A stretch of 64,000 nt of DNA from a virus. The stretch is from IMG/VR virus record IMGVR_UViG_3300044956_000373, positions 5,888 to 69,887 of that record. One strand, 5' to 3'. Under the pieces are notes generated by a model, which saw only the letters and a list, made by a program, of their open reading frames with translations, was not told the origin of the DNA and did not search any database. The position numbers and the translations under genes were made by a program. Positions 46,862 through 57,644 of the stretch are shown piece after piece (position 1 is the stretch's first letter; every line of letters begins with the position of its first letter).

Positions 46862-48721
46862 ATGAACATTTCGCAAAGAATATTAAGTGATATTACGGTT
46901 TACATGAAATATGCTAAGTTTCTTCCCGAAAAAAACAGACGGGAGACGTGGGAAGAATTGGTGACAAGAAACAAAAAAATGCATCAAAAGAAGTACCCAC
47001 AAATCAAAAACGAGATTGAAGAAGTTTATAAAATGGTATATGATAAAAAAATCCTACCATCTATGAGATCATTACAATTTGGTGGAAAACCAATCGAGAT
47101 TTCACCAAACAGAGTTTACAACTGTGCTTACATGCCAATCGATCACCCTGACTCGTTTTCAGAAACAATGTTCTTGTTGTTAGGAGGAACCGGAGTTGGG
47201 TTTTCAGTTCAAAAACATCACGTAGAAAAACTTCCTGAAATTAAAAAACCTAATTCAAGTAGAACAAGAAGATACTTGATTGGTGATAGTATCGAAGGAT
47301 GGTCCGACGCCATTAAAGTTTTAATCGAATCATACTTAGGTGTTAAATCATCAACTCCAGTATTTGATTTTTCTGATATTCGTCAAAAAGGAGCGTTGTT
47401 GGTCACTTCAGGTGGAAAAGCGCCAGGACCACAACCATTGAAAGATTGTATTCATAACATCACAAAAGTATTTGAAAACAAAGTTGACGGTGAAAAACTT
47501 TCACCTATTGAAACCCATGATATCGTTTGTCATATTGCAGATGCAGTATTGGCAGGTGGTATTCGTAGAGCGGCTTTAATTTCATTATTTTCTGCAGATG
47601 ATGATGAAATGATCTCTTGTAAATCTGGAAGTTGGTGGGAACAAAATCCACAAAGAGGTAGAGCTAACAACTCAGCGGTACTACTTCGTCACAAAGTAAC
47701 CAAAGAATACTTTATAAATCTTTGGAAAAGAATTGAGTTGTCAGGAGCAGGAGAACCTGGAATATATTTGTCAAACGACAAAGATTGGGGAACAAACCCA
47801 TGTTGTGAGATCGGTCTTCGACCTTATCAGTTCTGTAACTTATGTGAGGTAAATGCCTCTGATATCGAATCTCAAGAAGATTTTGAAAAAAGAGTCAGAG
47901 GGGCAGCATTTATTGGAACACTTCAAGCGGGGTACACTGACTTTCATTACCTTCGTGATGTTTGGAAAAGAACCACCGAAAAAGACGCTCTTATTGGGGT
48001 TGGTATGACAGGTATTGGTTCAGGTGTTGTTTTAAGTTATGACATAAAAGCCGCAGCAATCACAGTAAAAGAAGAGAATGAAAGAGTGGCAAACCTTATT
48101 GGAATTAACAAGGCCGCAAGAACAACAACTGTTAAACCGTCAGGAACATCATCTTTGGTTTTGGGCACATCTTCAGGTATTCACGCTTGGCATAATGATT
48201 TCTATTTAAGAAGAATTCGTGTAGGTAAAAACGAAGCAATTTATTCTTACTTAGCAATTAATCACCCTGAGTTGGTGGAAGATGAATTTTTTAGACCTCA
48301 CGATACTGCGGTAATTACAATTCCACAAAAATCTCCTGAAGGTTCTATTCTTCGTCATGAATCAGTATCCCAAATGTTGGAGCGTGTTAAGAAAGTATCT
48401 CAAGAGTGGATTAAATTTGGACACAGAGGAGGACAAAATTCACACAACGTATCAGCGACAGTTTCAATCAAAGAAGATGAGTGGGACTTGGTGGGTGATT
48501 GGATGTGGAACAATAGAAAATTTTATAATGGACTTTCAGTTCTTCCTTATAATGGTGGAACATACACTCAAGCACCTTTTGAAGATTGTACAGAAGAAGA
48601 TTTTAATCGTTTGATTAAAACTTTAACTGATGTTGATTTAACAAAAGTAATTGAGTTACAAGATAATACCAACTTAAGTGGTGAATTGGCTTGTGCAAAC
48701 GGATCTTGCGAAATTACTTAA
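46862..48721 (+). CDS. nrdJ: Class II (adenosylcobalamin-dependent) ribonucleotide reductase
   Basis: RRETWEE, YNCA, GGTGVGFSV, GGIRRAALI, TNPCCEI, TVKPSGT and C-terminal CANGSCE; no small subunit nearby. Confidence 0.88.
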   Translation: MNISQRILSDITVYMKYAKFLPEKNRRETWEELVTRNKKMHQKKYPQIKNEIEEVYKMVYDKKILPSMRSLQFGGKPIEISPNRVYNCAYMPIDHPDSFSETMFLLLGGTGVGFSVQKHHVEKLPEIKKPNSSRTRRYLIGDSIEGWSDAIKVLIESYLGVKSSTPVFDFSDIRQKGALLVTSGGKAPGPQPLKDCIHNITKVFENKVDGEKLSPIETHDIVCHIADAVLAGGIRRAALISLFSADDDEMISCKSGSWWEQNPQRGRANNSAVLLRHKVTKEYFINLWKRIELSGAGEPGIYLSNDKDWGTNPCCEIGLRPYQFCNLCEVNASDIESQEDFEKRVRGAAFIGTLQAGYTDFHYLRDVWKRTTEKDALIGVGMTGIGSGVVLSYDIKAAAITVKEENERVANLIGINKAARTTTVKPSGTSSLVLGTSSGIHAWHNDFYLRRIRVGKNEAIYSYLAINHPELVEDEFFRPHDTAVITIPQKSPEGSILRHESVSQMLERVKKVSQEWIKFGHRGGQNSHNVSATVSIKEDEWDLVGDWMWNNRKFYNGLSVLPYNGGTYTQAPFEDCTEEDFNRLIKTLTDVDLTKVIELQDNTNLSGELACANGSCEIT

Positions 48722-48725
48722 TGTT

Positions 48726-48765
48726 AAAAAAGTAAGGAATTTTTTATAAGTTCCTTACTTTTTTT
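48726..48765 (+). terminator. Rho-independent (possibly bidirectional) terminator after nrdJ
   Basis: aaaaaagtaaggaa...ttccttactttttt inverted repeat. Confidence 0.75.
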
Positions 48766-48795
48766 ATTTTACAATATATTTATAAAAAAAATATA

Positions 48796-49428
48796 ATGAA
48801 AAAAATTATAAGATTAACTGAAAATGACTTAAGTCGTATTGTAAAACGAATTATTAAAGAAGAAAAAACTCAAAACAAAATTGCCGCCAAAGTGGATGAT
48901 GTTTTAGAAAAACCGGAAGTTCAAGATAAAATTGAAGATATTTACAAAAATTTTGATAAAAGAGATAAAGTGAAGTTAAAAAATGTTTTAGATGATTTAG
49001 GAATAAATGAATATTCTTCGGCGAAAGAAGTACACACTGCAATAGAAAAGAAAATCGAAGATAAAATTGGTGGTGAAATTGGCGAAAACGAAAGCCCAAG
49101 AAATAAGGCGTCAAAAATATTACATGGTATAGGAGCCGCTAATATTTCGGCTTGGGGTGGTGTACCGGCAGCAATTGCGATTGGAGGTCTTTTATCTACT
49201 ACTGTTGGAGCTCCTTTCGTTGCTGGTCTTGCTGTAAGTTGGGGGGCAACGGCATTATTAATGGGTATTGCTAAATTACTTAAAGAAGACCCATCAATTG
49301 AACAATCCGAAACCGCATCAGGTGAAAAAATATATCATAAAAAAATGAAAGGCGACGATTTACCCCAAGGACACAAAAGGACTATGGATGAAAACTACAG
49401 ACGAAGACAATATAAAAGAAGATACTAA
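48796..49428 (+). CDS. Hypothetical protein with RLTExDL leader and Gly/Ala-rich hydrophobic hairpin
   Basis: MKKIIRLTENDLSRIVKRIIKE...; long hydrophobic stretch; has its own TATTTATA (48777-48784) and flanking terminators. Confidence 0.7.
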   Translation: MKKIIRLTENDLSRIVKRIIKEEKTQNKIAAKVDDVLEKPEVQDKIEDIYKNFDKRDKVKLKNVLDDLGINEYSSAKEVHTAIEKKIEDKIGGEIGENESPRNKASKILHGIGAANISAWGGVPAAIAIGGLLSTTVGAPFVAGLAVSWGATALLMGIAKLLKEDPSIEQSETASGEKIYHKKMKGDDLPQGHKRTMDENYRRRQYKRRY

Positions 49429-49433
49429 AAATT

Positions 49434-49458
49434 AACCCTCCGCAACGGAGGGTTTTTT
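49434..49458 (+). terminator. Rho-independent terminator
   Basis: aaccctcc-gcaac-ggagggtt followed by a T-run. Confidence 0.8.
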
Positions 49459-49497
49459 ATTTATATAAAAATTCAGGATACTATATTTATATATGAT

Positions 49498-49956
49498 ATG
49501 TCTACAGGTATTTCATATGGTATAACATTTCCTTTCAGAGATTCATTTGTTGGTAGATACTTAGATGTTTCTAGCACAAATGAAGAAGAAATTAGAAATT
49601 CTTTAATTCATTTGATCTTAACTAAGAAGGGTACTAGATATTATTTACCTGATTTTGGGACAAGACTCTATGAGTATATTTTTGAACCATTAGATGGACC
49701 AACATTTTCTGATATTGAGGCCGATATTAGAGAATCAATCGGAACATATATGCCAAATTTATTGGTTACAAGTGTTACGATAGAACCGGCATCGGCGGGG
49801 TTGGAAGATAAAGGGTATACCGTAAATGAATTTAAACAAAGAGAATTTAAAGTACCTAACATATCACAATTAGAACACACCGCAAAAATTAAAATAGATT
49901 ATAGAGTAACAAATCAGGCGTTTGAAAGTAGTGATTTTGTTATTATCAATATTTAA
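49498..49956 (+). CDS. Baseplate wedge protein (T4 gp25/GpW-like)
   Basis: IRNSLIHLILTKKGTRYYLPDFGTRLYEYIFEP. Confidence 0.88.
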   Translation: MSTGISYGITFPFRDSFVGRYLDVSSTNEEEIRNSLIHLILTKKGTRYYLPDFGTRLYEYIFEPLDGPTFSDIEADIRESIGTYMPNLLVTSVTIEPASAGLEDKGYTVNEFKQREFKVPNISQLEHTAKIKIDYRVTNQAFESSDFVIINI

Positions 49957-49962
49957 TGATAT

Positions 49963-51804
49963 ATGGCAGAAAAAAAGATTTCCTATACGACAAGAGATTT
50001 TCAAGGGATAAGAACCGAATTGATAAATTTCACAAGAACTTATTATCCTGAGTTAGTTCGAAATTTTAATGATGCTGGAATTTTTTCTGTACTATTAGAT
50101 CTTAACGCCGCGGTAACTGATAACCTACAATTTCAAATTGATAGAAGTATACAAGAAACCGTATTACAATTTGCACAACAAAGATCATCAATATATAACA
50201 TAGCGAGAACATATGGTCTAAAAGTACCTGGTCAAAGACCATCGGTTGCTTTAGTCGATTTTTCAATTACGGTTCCTGCTTTTGGAGATAGAGAAGATTT
50301 AAGATATTGTGGTATATTAAGAAGAGGTTCTCAAGTGAATGGTGCGGGACAACCATTCGAAACCGTATATGATATTGATTTTGCATCGCCAATTAACGCT
50401 GAAGGAACCCCAAATCGATTAAAAATCCCAAACTTTGATTCTAATGGTAATTTAATAAACTACACTATCACTAAAAGAGAAGTTGTTGTTAATGGAATTA
50501 CAAAGGTATTTAAAAGAGTTATAACACCTAATGATGTTGTACCATATTTCCCATTGTTTTTACCTGAAAAAAATGTTTTAGGTATAACAAGTGTTTTATT
50601 AAAAGACGGAACACAATATAGTACAATACCACAACCACAAGATTTTATAACACTTGAACCAGATAGATGGTACGAAGTAAAAGCGTTGGTTGAAGATAGA
50701 GTTTTTGTTGAAGATCCAACTAAACCATCCGATCAACCTGGTATAAAAGTTGGAAGATACATATCAACATCTCAAAAATTTATTTCGGAATATACACCTG
50801 AAGGTTTTTGTAAATTAACATTTGGTGGTGGTAATATTTCTGCAGAACAACAATTACGAGATTTCGCCAGAGATGGTAAAGGGTTTGATCTTGCAAGGTA
50901 TTCTAATAATTTAGGATTAGGAAGTACATTAAAATCTAATAGCACTTTGTTTATCCAATATAGAATAGGTGGAGGTACTGGAAGTAATTTAGGTATTGAT
51001 ACTATCAATCAGATTGGTACGGTTTCTTTCTCTGTAAATGGGCCGTCCGCTAGTGTAAATAGAAGTGTTATTAATAGTCTTAGATGTAATAATGTAACTG
51101 CCGCAATCGGAGGTGCGAATGCACCAACAACCGAAGATGTTAGACAAATGGTTTCATTTAACTTTGCCGCACAAAACAGAGCGGTGACCGTAAATGATTA
51201 TGACTCAATACTTAGAACAATGCCATCTATTTATGGAGCGCCTGCAAAAGTTTCGATAACCGAAGAGAATAATAAAATAAAAATTAAGATGTTGTCTTAT
51301 GACACTAGTGGTAATTTAACTGATGTAATATCAAACACTTTAAAACAAAATGTTGCAAATTATTTATCAAACTATAGAATGATAAATGACTATATTTCTA
51401 TTGAAAGTGCTCAACCAATAGATTTAGCCGTTGAGTGTGATGTTGTGTTGGATAGCTCAACAACATCAGGCGCGGTAGTTGCAAAAGTAATTGAAATCAT
51501 TTCTGACTATTTTAATCCACTTACAAGACAACTAGGTCAAAACGTTGTTGTTTCTGAATTAAAAAGATTAATCCAAAGTCAAAATGGGGTTATCAGTATT
51601 TCAGATATGAAATTTTTTAACTTAGTTGGAGGTCAATATTCGTCATTTGAAACATCACAAACATATTCGGACCCTTTAACTCGTGAGATACAATTATTTG
51701 CTGATACAATATTTGCAGAACCTTCGCAAATCTATCAAATTAGATTCCCAAATAAAGACATTACGGTTAGAGTCCTTAACTTAAAAACCGTTAGTTTTTC
51801 ATAG
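49963..51804 (+). CDS. Baseplate wedge protein (T4 gp6/baseplate J-like)
   Basis: YTTRDFQGIR...AQQRSSIYNIARTYG...YRIGGG...AQNRAVTVNDY. Confidence 0.85.
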   Translation: MAEKKISYTTRDFQGIRTELINFTRTYYPELVRNFNDAGIFSVLLDLNAAVTDNLQFQIDRSIQETVLQFAQQRSSIYNIARTYGLKVPGQRPSVALVDFSITVPAFGDREDLRYCGILRRGSQVNGAGQPFETVYDIDFASPINAEGTPNRLKIPNFDSNGNLINYTITKREVVVNGITKVFKRVITPNDVVPYFPLFLPEKNVLGITSVLLKDGTQYSTIPQPQDFITLEPDRWYEVKALVEDRVFVEDPTKPSDQPGIKVGRYISTSQKFISEYTPEGFCKLTFGGGNISAEQQLRDFARDGKGFDLARYSNNLGLGSTLKSNSTLFIQYRIGGGTGSNLGIDTINQIGTVSFSVNGPSASVNRSVINSLRCNNVTAAIGGANAPTTEDVRQMVSFNFAAQNRAVTVNDYDSILRTMPSIYGAPAKVSITEENNKIKIKMLSYDTSGNLTDVISNTLKQNVANYLSNYRMINDYISIESAQPIDLAVECDVVLDSSTTSGAVVAKVIEIISDYFNPLTRQLGQNVVVSELKRLIQSQNGVISISDMKFFNLVGGQYSSFETSQTYSDPLTREIQLFADTIFAEPSQIYQIRFPNKDITVRVLNLKTVSFS

Positions 51805-51878
51805 TAATTTATTTTTTGACTTTGAGACCTATTTTTGAAAATAGGAAATAAACTATTTATCAAAAAAGTAAAAAATTA

Positions 51879-54800
51879 ATGCCTAAGTCATATAGAATAA
51901 GAACACAAGTCGGTGTTGATAAATATATTAACGTAGAGTTAGACCAAGATTTTGAGTTCTTAGAGATACTTTCTTTAAAGTTATTATCCGAGGATGTGTA
52001 CACTCGGTTTTGTTCAGACTATGGAGTTATAGTAGGGAGAGTTTTAGTTAATAATGGATTTGGAATACCAAACGCCAGAGTTTCTGTTTTCATACCATTA
52101 GAAGCTGAAGACCAATTAAATCCTATTATTGCTGAATTATACCCATACCAAAACTTATCCGATAGAAATGAGGAAGGTTATAGATATAACCTTTTACCAA
52201 AAGATCCTTCATATATCGGACATCAAGCCACAGGAACTTTTCCAACAAGAGCCGATGCCTTGATGGATCAATCCTATATTGAAGTGTATGACAAATACTA
52301 CAGATTTTCAGTTAAAACCAACGAAAGTGGTGATTTCATGATTTTTGGAGTTCCTTTGGGTGATCAAACCGTGGTTATGGATGTTGATTTATCAGATATA
52401 GGTTGTTTTTCACTTTCACCGCAAGATTTAATACAACAAGGTGTTGCTACTGAAGACCAAGTCGATGGAGCTAGTTTTAAAACATCTACAAATTTAGATT
52501 CATTACCACAAATAGTTAATTTGAATTTTGACGTTGATGTAAGACCTCTTTGGGGTGATACCGATATTTGTCAAATTGGGATTACTAGAGTTGATTTTGA
52601 TTTAACAAAATTGGCGAATATTAAAATAGAACCTACTTCAGTATTCATGGGGTCTATAATATCAACAACAAATGATGACGCTCTTAGAATAAGTTGTAAA
52701 CCAAAAAACAACACAGGAAATCTTTGTGAATTAATTGCGGGTGAAGGTCAAATAATGGCGATTAGACAAACAATTAATACAGATTCAGATGGTTACCCAA
52801 TATTAGAGCAATATAATTTAGAAAATAACGGAAAAGTTATAGATGGAGATGGTTCTTTTTTGGTTAACCTACCGATGAATTTGGACTATGTTATCACCGA
52901 TGAATTTGGACAACAAATATTATCTCAGGACCCAACAAAAGGAATACCAACGAAGGGTAAATACAGATTTAAATTCAAGTGGGTTAATAAAGAACAAAAT
53001 TTAACAATATCCGACATTCAATCTAACTTAGAAAATCTTAAAAAAGAAGTCGGAATAAAAAATCAAGACTATAGTGGTAACTTCCAAAGAGCACATTTTT
53101 TAGTTCCTAATATAAAAGAATACGGATGGTCAACATATGATAAAGATCCATTACAAATTAAAAAACCAACAACATTTAACTACCAAATTTCGGCCAATAA
53201 CAACATAGGGCCAACTCAGATTATTGGACCTGTAGGTCTTCAGTTTGTTAGCGCACCAAACACATCGTCATTTATTATTTATATAAATGGTCAACAATAC
53301 TTTGGTGACACAAACCAAATCACAATACCGGCTCTTTCATCGTTTTATATTGATGGTATTGCTTTGAATACAAACCAACCACAAAATTTCACTTTTACAG
53401 AATATCCTATTGAGTTATATGATGTTTATAGATCTTACGCGTTTTCTTTAGATTGGAATGATTATGGGAATACTCAAATGATACAAGAAGCAATTAATTG
53501 TGAGGATAGGTTTTATGAGTTCAATTATAACAAAGTATACACTACAGCACTTTTTCTTGACAGATATAAAAATGGTATTGGTAGAGCGAAACATTTGGGG
53601 ATTAAAGAAATAGATGATAGAACATGTGCCTCAACAAATAATACTTTTCCTGTAAATGATATTATAAGAAATTTTGACCCAATATTTTTTGTTTTTAATA
53701 TATTCACAAATATTTTAATATTTCCGTTACTAACTTTATTATATGTAACACATTTTGTTGCTTTTATTTGGCCAATTCTAAAGTGGGTTTTATTGTTTTT
53801 AAGTATTAAATTCATTAAGGATAGTTATCAGGATGCGGCGGTTGCAATTGATACCGCGGCTGAAGCGGTAAACGATGCTTTAAGTTTAATATCCTTCACG
53901 GCGGCTGGTCCTGTTATTGACCCAGGTTTAACACCTGAACTGATAAAAGACACTTTAGCTGCAATCAGAGACGCTGCTTACGCGATTTTAACATTTGCAT
54001 CATCAATAGTTTATCTCGCCTTCATTACAAACGCTATATTTGATTTTAAAAATGGAACTTGGAGAAGACTTAACATACCTAGATTAGGATTTCCAATGAT
54101 AACTTACAACGATTGTACAACATGTGAATGTGAGTGTAACACCGCAGAGTTGGATGACGATGTAACACCTCAATCAATACAAGACGAAATAGATTCACAA
54201 ATTGCTGAGTCTGGAGCGGGATCAAATCTTCAGTTGGCAACACCAAAAAGTTTTTTAGCACCTGTAAATTCACCAGGATCTTATGAAATATCACACCCAA
54301 ATTTAAATCAAAATCCAATAGATTCTAATAATCCTGACGATGGAAATTTTTCATGTGGAGGATTATTTAACGACTTTCAATCTTTCTCATATACACTACA
54401 ACAACAAGATATTGACGTTGACTTAGTTGTAAGAGCTAATTTTGATTTTTTAAGAATATTTTCAGGTTATGATATTTTAAGCTCAACTGATCCTATTAAA
54501 TTAACCGCGAATGAAAAATATTTACTACACGCCCCACAACCATTTTTATGGGCAGCTAAAAAATTCAATGGTTTAAATCAAAGATGGTTTGCAATTCCAA
54601 CATCAGTTACATACCCCCAAAAACTAAACGAATTTAACACTAGAGATAAATATTTTACTAACTCAGGTACAGGTGTTGGGCCAAATAGAGTTAAAGTTAA
54701 GGTTAATAATTCACCAAATGATTTTTACGATCAAGTATTGGTGGTATTGGCAAACCCTGGAACAACTAATTCCTTAGGTATAGGAGAATTCTTTTCATTC

Positions 54801-57644
54801 CAAGATCCAAACCTTTCAAACTCTTTCGTTAACTTGACAGGTGCTAGTTTTAATCAGTTTCAGACCAACTCAATAACTGGTGTAACATTTACGGGACAAA
54901 CCACTGTAAATGTTGGATACGCCAACTTTTCAAATATTGACCAAACTTCTAACTTACAAGCCCAAATTGTTATTACCGCAACTACGGAGACAGCAGTACC
55001 ATCATCGATACCGGGTATACCGGGAGTGAACGGGTATGAAGAAAGTTACTTAAAATACCCAACGGACATTGAATACTTCCAAGTCATTACTGGTATGACC
55101 GTGGGTAGTTTCTTATCTATGTCAAATAACACTACGCCAGGTTTATTTCCTAACGAATACTTACTTCATAGAATTAAGTATGTTACACCTGAATGTGGTA
55201 TATTACCCGGATATGGAGGACCTAATTATAACATCAGAACCACTTCACCGGCTTTACAATATATGCCAGGTTACCAAAATTTTGAAGTCGTTATTATGAT
55301 TAGAGGGGTTGATCCACACACTCAAAAACAAAATATTTCATATGATTTGTCTAGAATTTTTGGTTTGACAAGTTTTGGTTTAAATCAAAATTTAATTGTT
55401 AGTGGTAGTTATTATTTGAATGTACCTATACAGGCTTACCCGACAACTCCAAGAAAACCAAAATCACACATTACAGGAAACAATCAGGGTCATAATTTGT
55501 ATTTTAATTCATATTCATTACAAATAAGTGGGCCGTCAGGTTCTAACCCTAATTTTACGGCATTTACATCCACATTACCATATTATTATTTGGCGACTGA
55601 TGATAATATTTATTCATCTTACGCACCTTCAGGCAATGTTCCTCCAAACTCTAATAATTTGGCGTCACCAACCAACCCAATTGTATTTCCGTCTCAAAGT
55701 ACCTTACCATATTATCAAACTCAAATAAATCCACCATCACCATTATCGGTAGGTGCTGGTGGAGGTGCTTATTTAAAATCAAACACAAATTTAAATTTAT
55801 TTGGAATAACTATAGTTAATAATCCATTTTCATATCTTGCTCTTGGAGAGGATAGATATTATAACAACGCACCTCCACTTACGAACTTCAATAGACTATA
55901 TTATTTATATTCACCTGTTTATTACGGAAACACATCTTTAACTCCAGTAAACTTTACAGATAGGAATAGAATTGTTATGAGAAGTGATCGTATTCCTACC
56001 TCAACGAGAGTTGAAAACGGGGTCGCATCAACAACGGGATATGGTTTACATCAAAATAATAATTTTACATTTTATTCTGCGAATGGAGAACAAGCACCTG
56101 AAATAATTCAGGCGGGATTTGACTCAACTGATGGATCACAGGCGGATCTTGACCCCATTACATCTGCTTTAACCGACACACTCCAATGTGAAAATATGGT
56201 ATCATTACAATGTTATTCTGGTAGTGGAAATAATGTAGGTATTATACCAGCAGATCAATGCTCAATGCCTCCGGGTCGTGTTGTTAAAGGTTGTTATTGT
56301 TTATTAAATAAAGGAGATGAGGTTGCAAATAAAAGATGGTATTTAATTGGAGACGCATTTAAATACGACTCAGCTTTATTATTAGAGTGGAAAGTTAGAT
56401 TTACCTTAAACTTTGCTGCGTGTAGAGGAGTATTTTCACAAACGTTTCAAAATAATTGGGTAAATGGTGTGTTATATATGTTTTCTTTCAATACTAGAAA
56501 ATTATTTGGTTTAGATCCAAACAATCCAAGTTACACTTCAAGAAAATTTTATAAATCGTATTGTGATGATGTTATAATTCATAATGATATTACAAATAAT
56601 TTCTATTACAGAAGTTCACCATGGAATGAGTCAACACAACAATTTGTTGGTAAAGAATCCCCAAATACAAGTGGTTTTATACAAGCATTAATAAATTTCC
56701 CCGGACCTGCATATAACGTGAAACAAATACAATTCCCTACAACCGTGGTTGATTTAGGACCAAGAGATCTATTTGTTAATGAAATTTGCTCTAATCCTTC
56801 ATTTGGTTCTTATTATGCAAACCAAACAACCTCAACATCATACCAAGACAATTCAGACATATTACAATTGGCCTTCTTATCTAGAATTTTAAATAACACA
56901 TTCAGACAAGGTATGCAACCCGGTATTTTAGGTAATAACGTTAGAGAAGGTATTGGTGTTAGTGAATTTTTTGATAACGATAGAAAGGGTCAAAGAATTG
57001 ATGGTGATATCGCTCAAATGATATCAATCAACTCTGAATGGAAAGTTTCACCTTTTATTGCAGAAAATTTAATTGGTATTACTAACCCAAATTCATACAT
57101 ATATTTTGGAAATCAAGGCGGTAATGCGAACCAAACTAAACCTGTTTTTGGTGTATTCTTCTCCTCAAGAACCGACGAGTTTAGATATAGAAGAATTATG
57201 TCACCAGGGATTGAGACGTTCAATCAATTACCTTTAATTCAACAATCATTCGGTTACCCTAAATCTCAATTTGTACCAAATTACAAATGGTCATTAAGAA
57301 GTGGGTCTAGTATTTTTGGTAATGAAAATAACAATTGGTATACGGATAGTGTAAACTCGCAAGCAGGATTTTTTCAAAAACAATATCAAGATGTTGATTT
57401 TGACACACCACTTGAGAAATATAGAACCACAACTACAAAGTTTGGATTCATAAGTAATTTCACGTCAACAAACCCACTATTACCAAACCCTAACCCATTT
57501 AACGTTTTACAAGGGGTTCCAAGTCCTGTCGTAACACCAATTTCTACTTTTGTTATTGGTGCACCATATCATTTTTATTTCGGGTTGGTAAATGGAAATA
57601 CCGCAGTGGATAAATTCTATAAACTATATGTTGCAGACTTCTAA
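51879..57644 (+). CDS. Very large structural protein with internal hydrophobic segments
   Basis: 1921 aa in the baseplate operon; N-terminal GVIVGRV...GIPNARVSVF (carboxypeptidase-regulatory-like); TATTTATC at 51854-51861. Confidence 0.6.
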   Translation: MPKSYRIRTQVGVDKYINVELDQDFEFLEILSLKLLSEDVYTRFCSDYGVIVGRVLVNNGFGIPNARVSVFIPLEAEDQLNPIIAELYPYQNLSDRNEEGYRYNLLPKDPSYIGHQATGTFPTRADALMDQSYIEVYDKYYRFSVKTNESGDFMIFGVPLGDQTVVMDVDLSDIGCFSLSPQDLIQQGVATEDQVDGASFKTSTNLDSLPQIVNLNFDVDVRPLWGDTDICQIGITRVDFDLTKLANIKIEPTSVFMGSIISTTNDDALRISCKPKNNTGNLCELIAGEGQIMAIRQTINTDSDGYPILEQYNLENNGKVIDGDGSFLVNLPMNLDYVITDEFGQQILSQDPTKGIPTKGKYRFKFKWVNKEQNLTISDIQSNLENLKKEVGIKNQDYSGNFQRAHFLVPNIKEYGWSTYDKDPLQIKKPTTFNYQISANNNIGPTQIIGPVGLQFVSAPNTSSFIIYINGQQYFGDTNQITIPALSSFYIDGIALNTNQPQNFTFTEYPIELYDVYRSYAFSLDWNDYGNTQMIQEAINCEDRFYEFNYNKVYTTALFLDRYKNGIGRAKHLGIKEIDDRTCASTNNTFPVNDIIRNFDPIFFVFNIFTNILIFPLLTLLYVTHFVAFIWPILKWVLLFLSIKFIKDSYQDAAVAIDTAAEAVNDALSLISFTAAGPVIDPGLTPELIKDTLAAIRDAAYAILTFASSIVYLAFITNAIFDFKNGTWRRLNIPRLGFPMITYNDCTTCECECNTAELDDDVTPQSIQDEIDSQIAESGAGSNLQLATPKSFLAPVNSPGSYEISHPNLNQNPIDSNNPDDGNFSCGGLFNDFQSFSYTLQQQDIDVDLVVRANFDFLRIFSGYDILSSTDPIKLTANEKYLLHAPQPFLWAAKKFNGLNQRWFAIPTSVTYPQKLNEFNTRDKYFTNSGTGVGPNRVKVKVNNSPNDFYDQVLVVLANPGTTNSLGIGEFFSFQDPNLSNSFVNLTGASFNQFQTNSITGVTFTGQTTVNVGYANFSNIDQTSNLQAQIVITATTETAVPSSIPGIPGVNGYEESYLKYPTDIEYFQVITGMTVGSFLSMSNNTTPGLFPNEYLLHRIKYVTPECGILPGYGGPNYNIRTTSPALQYMPGYQNFEVVIMIRGVDPHTQKQNISYDLSRIFGLTSFGLNQNLIVSGSYYLNVPIQAYPTTPRKPKSHITGNNQGHNLYFNSYSLQISGPSGSNPNFTAFTSTLPYYYLATDDNIYSSYAPSGNVPPNSNNLASPTNPIVFPSQSTLPYYQTQINPPSPLSVGAGGGAYLKSNTNLNLFGITIVNNPFSYLALGEDRYYNNAPPLTNFNRLYYLYSPVYYGNTSLTPVNFTDRNRIVMRSDRIPTSTRVENGVASTTGYGLHQNNNFTFYSANGEQAPEIIQAGFDSTDGSQADLDPITSALTDTLQCENMVSLQCYSGSGNNVGIIPADQCSMPPGRVVKGCYCLLNKGDEVANKRWYLIGDAFKYDSALLLEWKVRFTLNFAACRGVFSQTFQNNWVNGVLYMFSFNTRKLFGLDPNNPSYTSRKFYKSYCDDVIIHNDITNNFYYRSSPWNESTQQFVGKESPNTSGFIQALINFPGPAYNVKQIQFPTTVVDLGPRDLFVNEICSNPSFGSYYANQTTSTSYQDNSDILQLAFLSRILNNTFRQGMQPGILGNNVREGIGVSEFFDNDRKGQRIDGDIAQMISINSEWKVSPFIAENLIGITNPNSYIYFGNQGGNANQTKPVFGVFFSSRTDEFRYRRIMSPGIETFNQLPLIQQSFGYPKSQFVPNYKWSLRSGSSIFGNENNNWYTDSVNSQAGFFQKQYQDVDFDTPLEKYRTTTTKFGFISNFTSTNPLLPNPNPFNVLQGVPSPVVTPISTFVIGAPYHFYFGLVNGNTAVDKFYKLYVADF

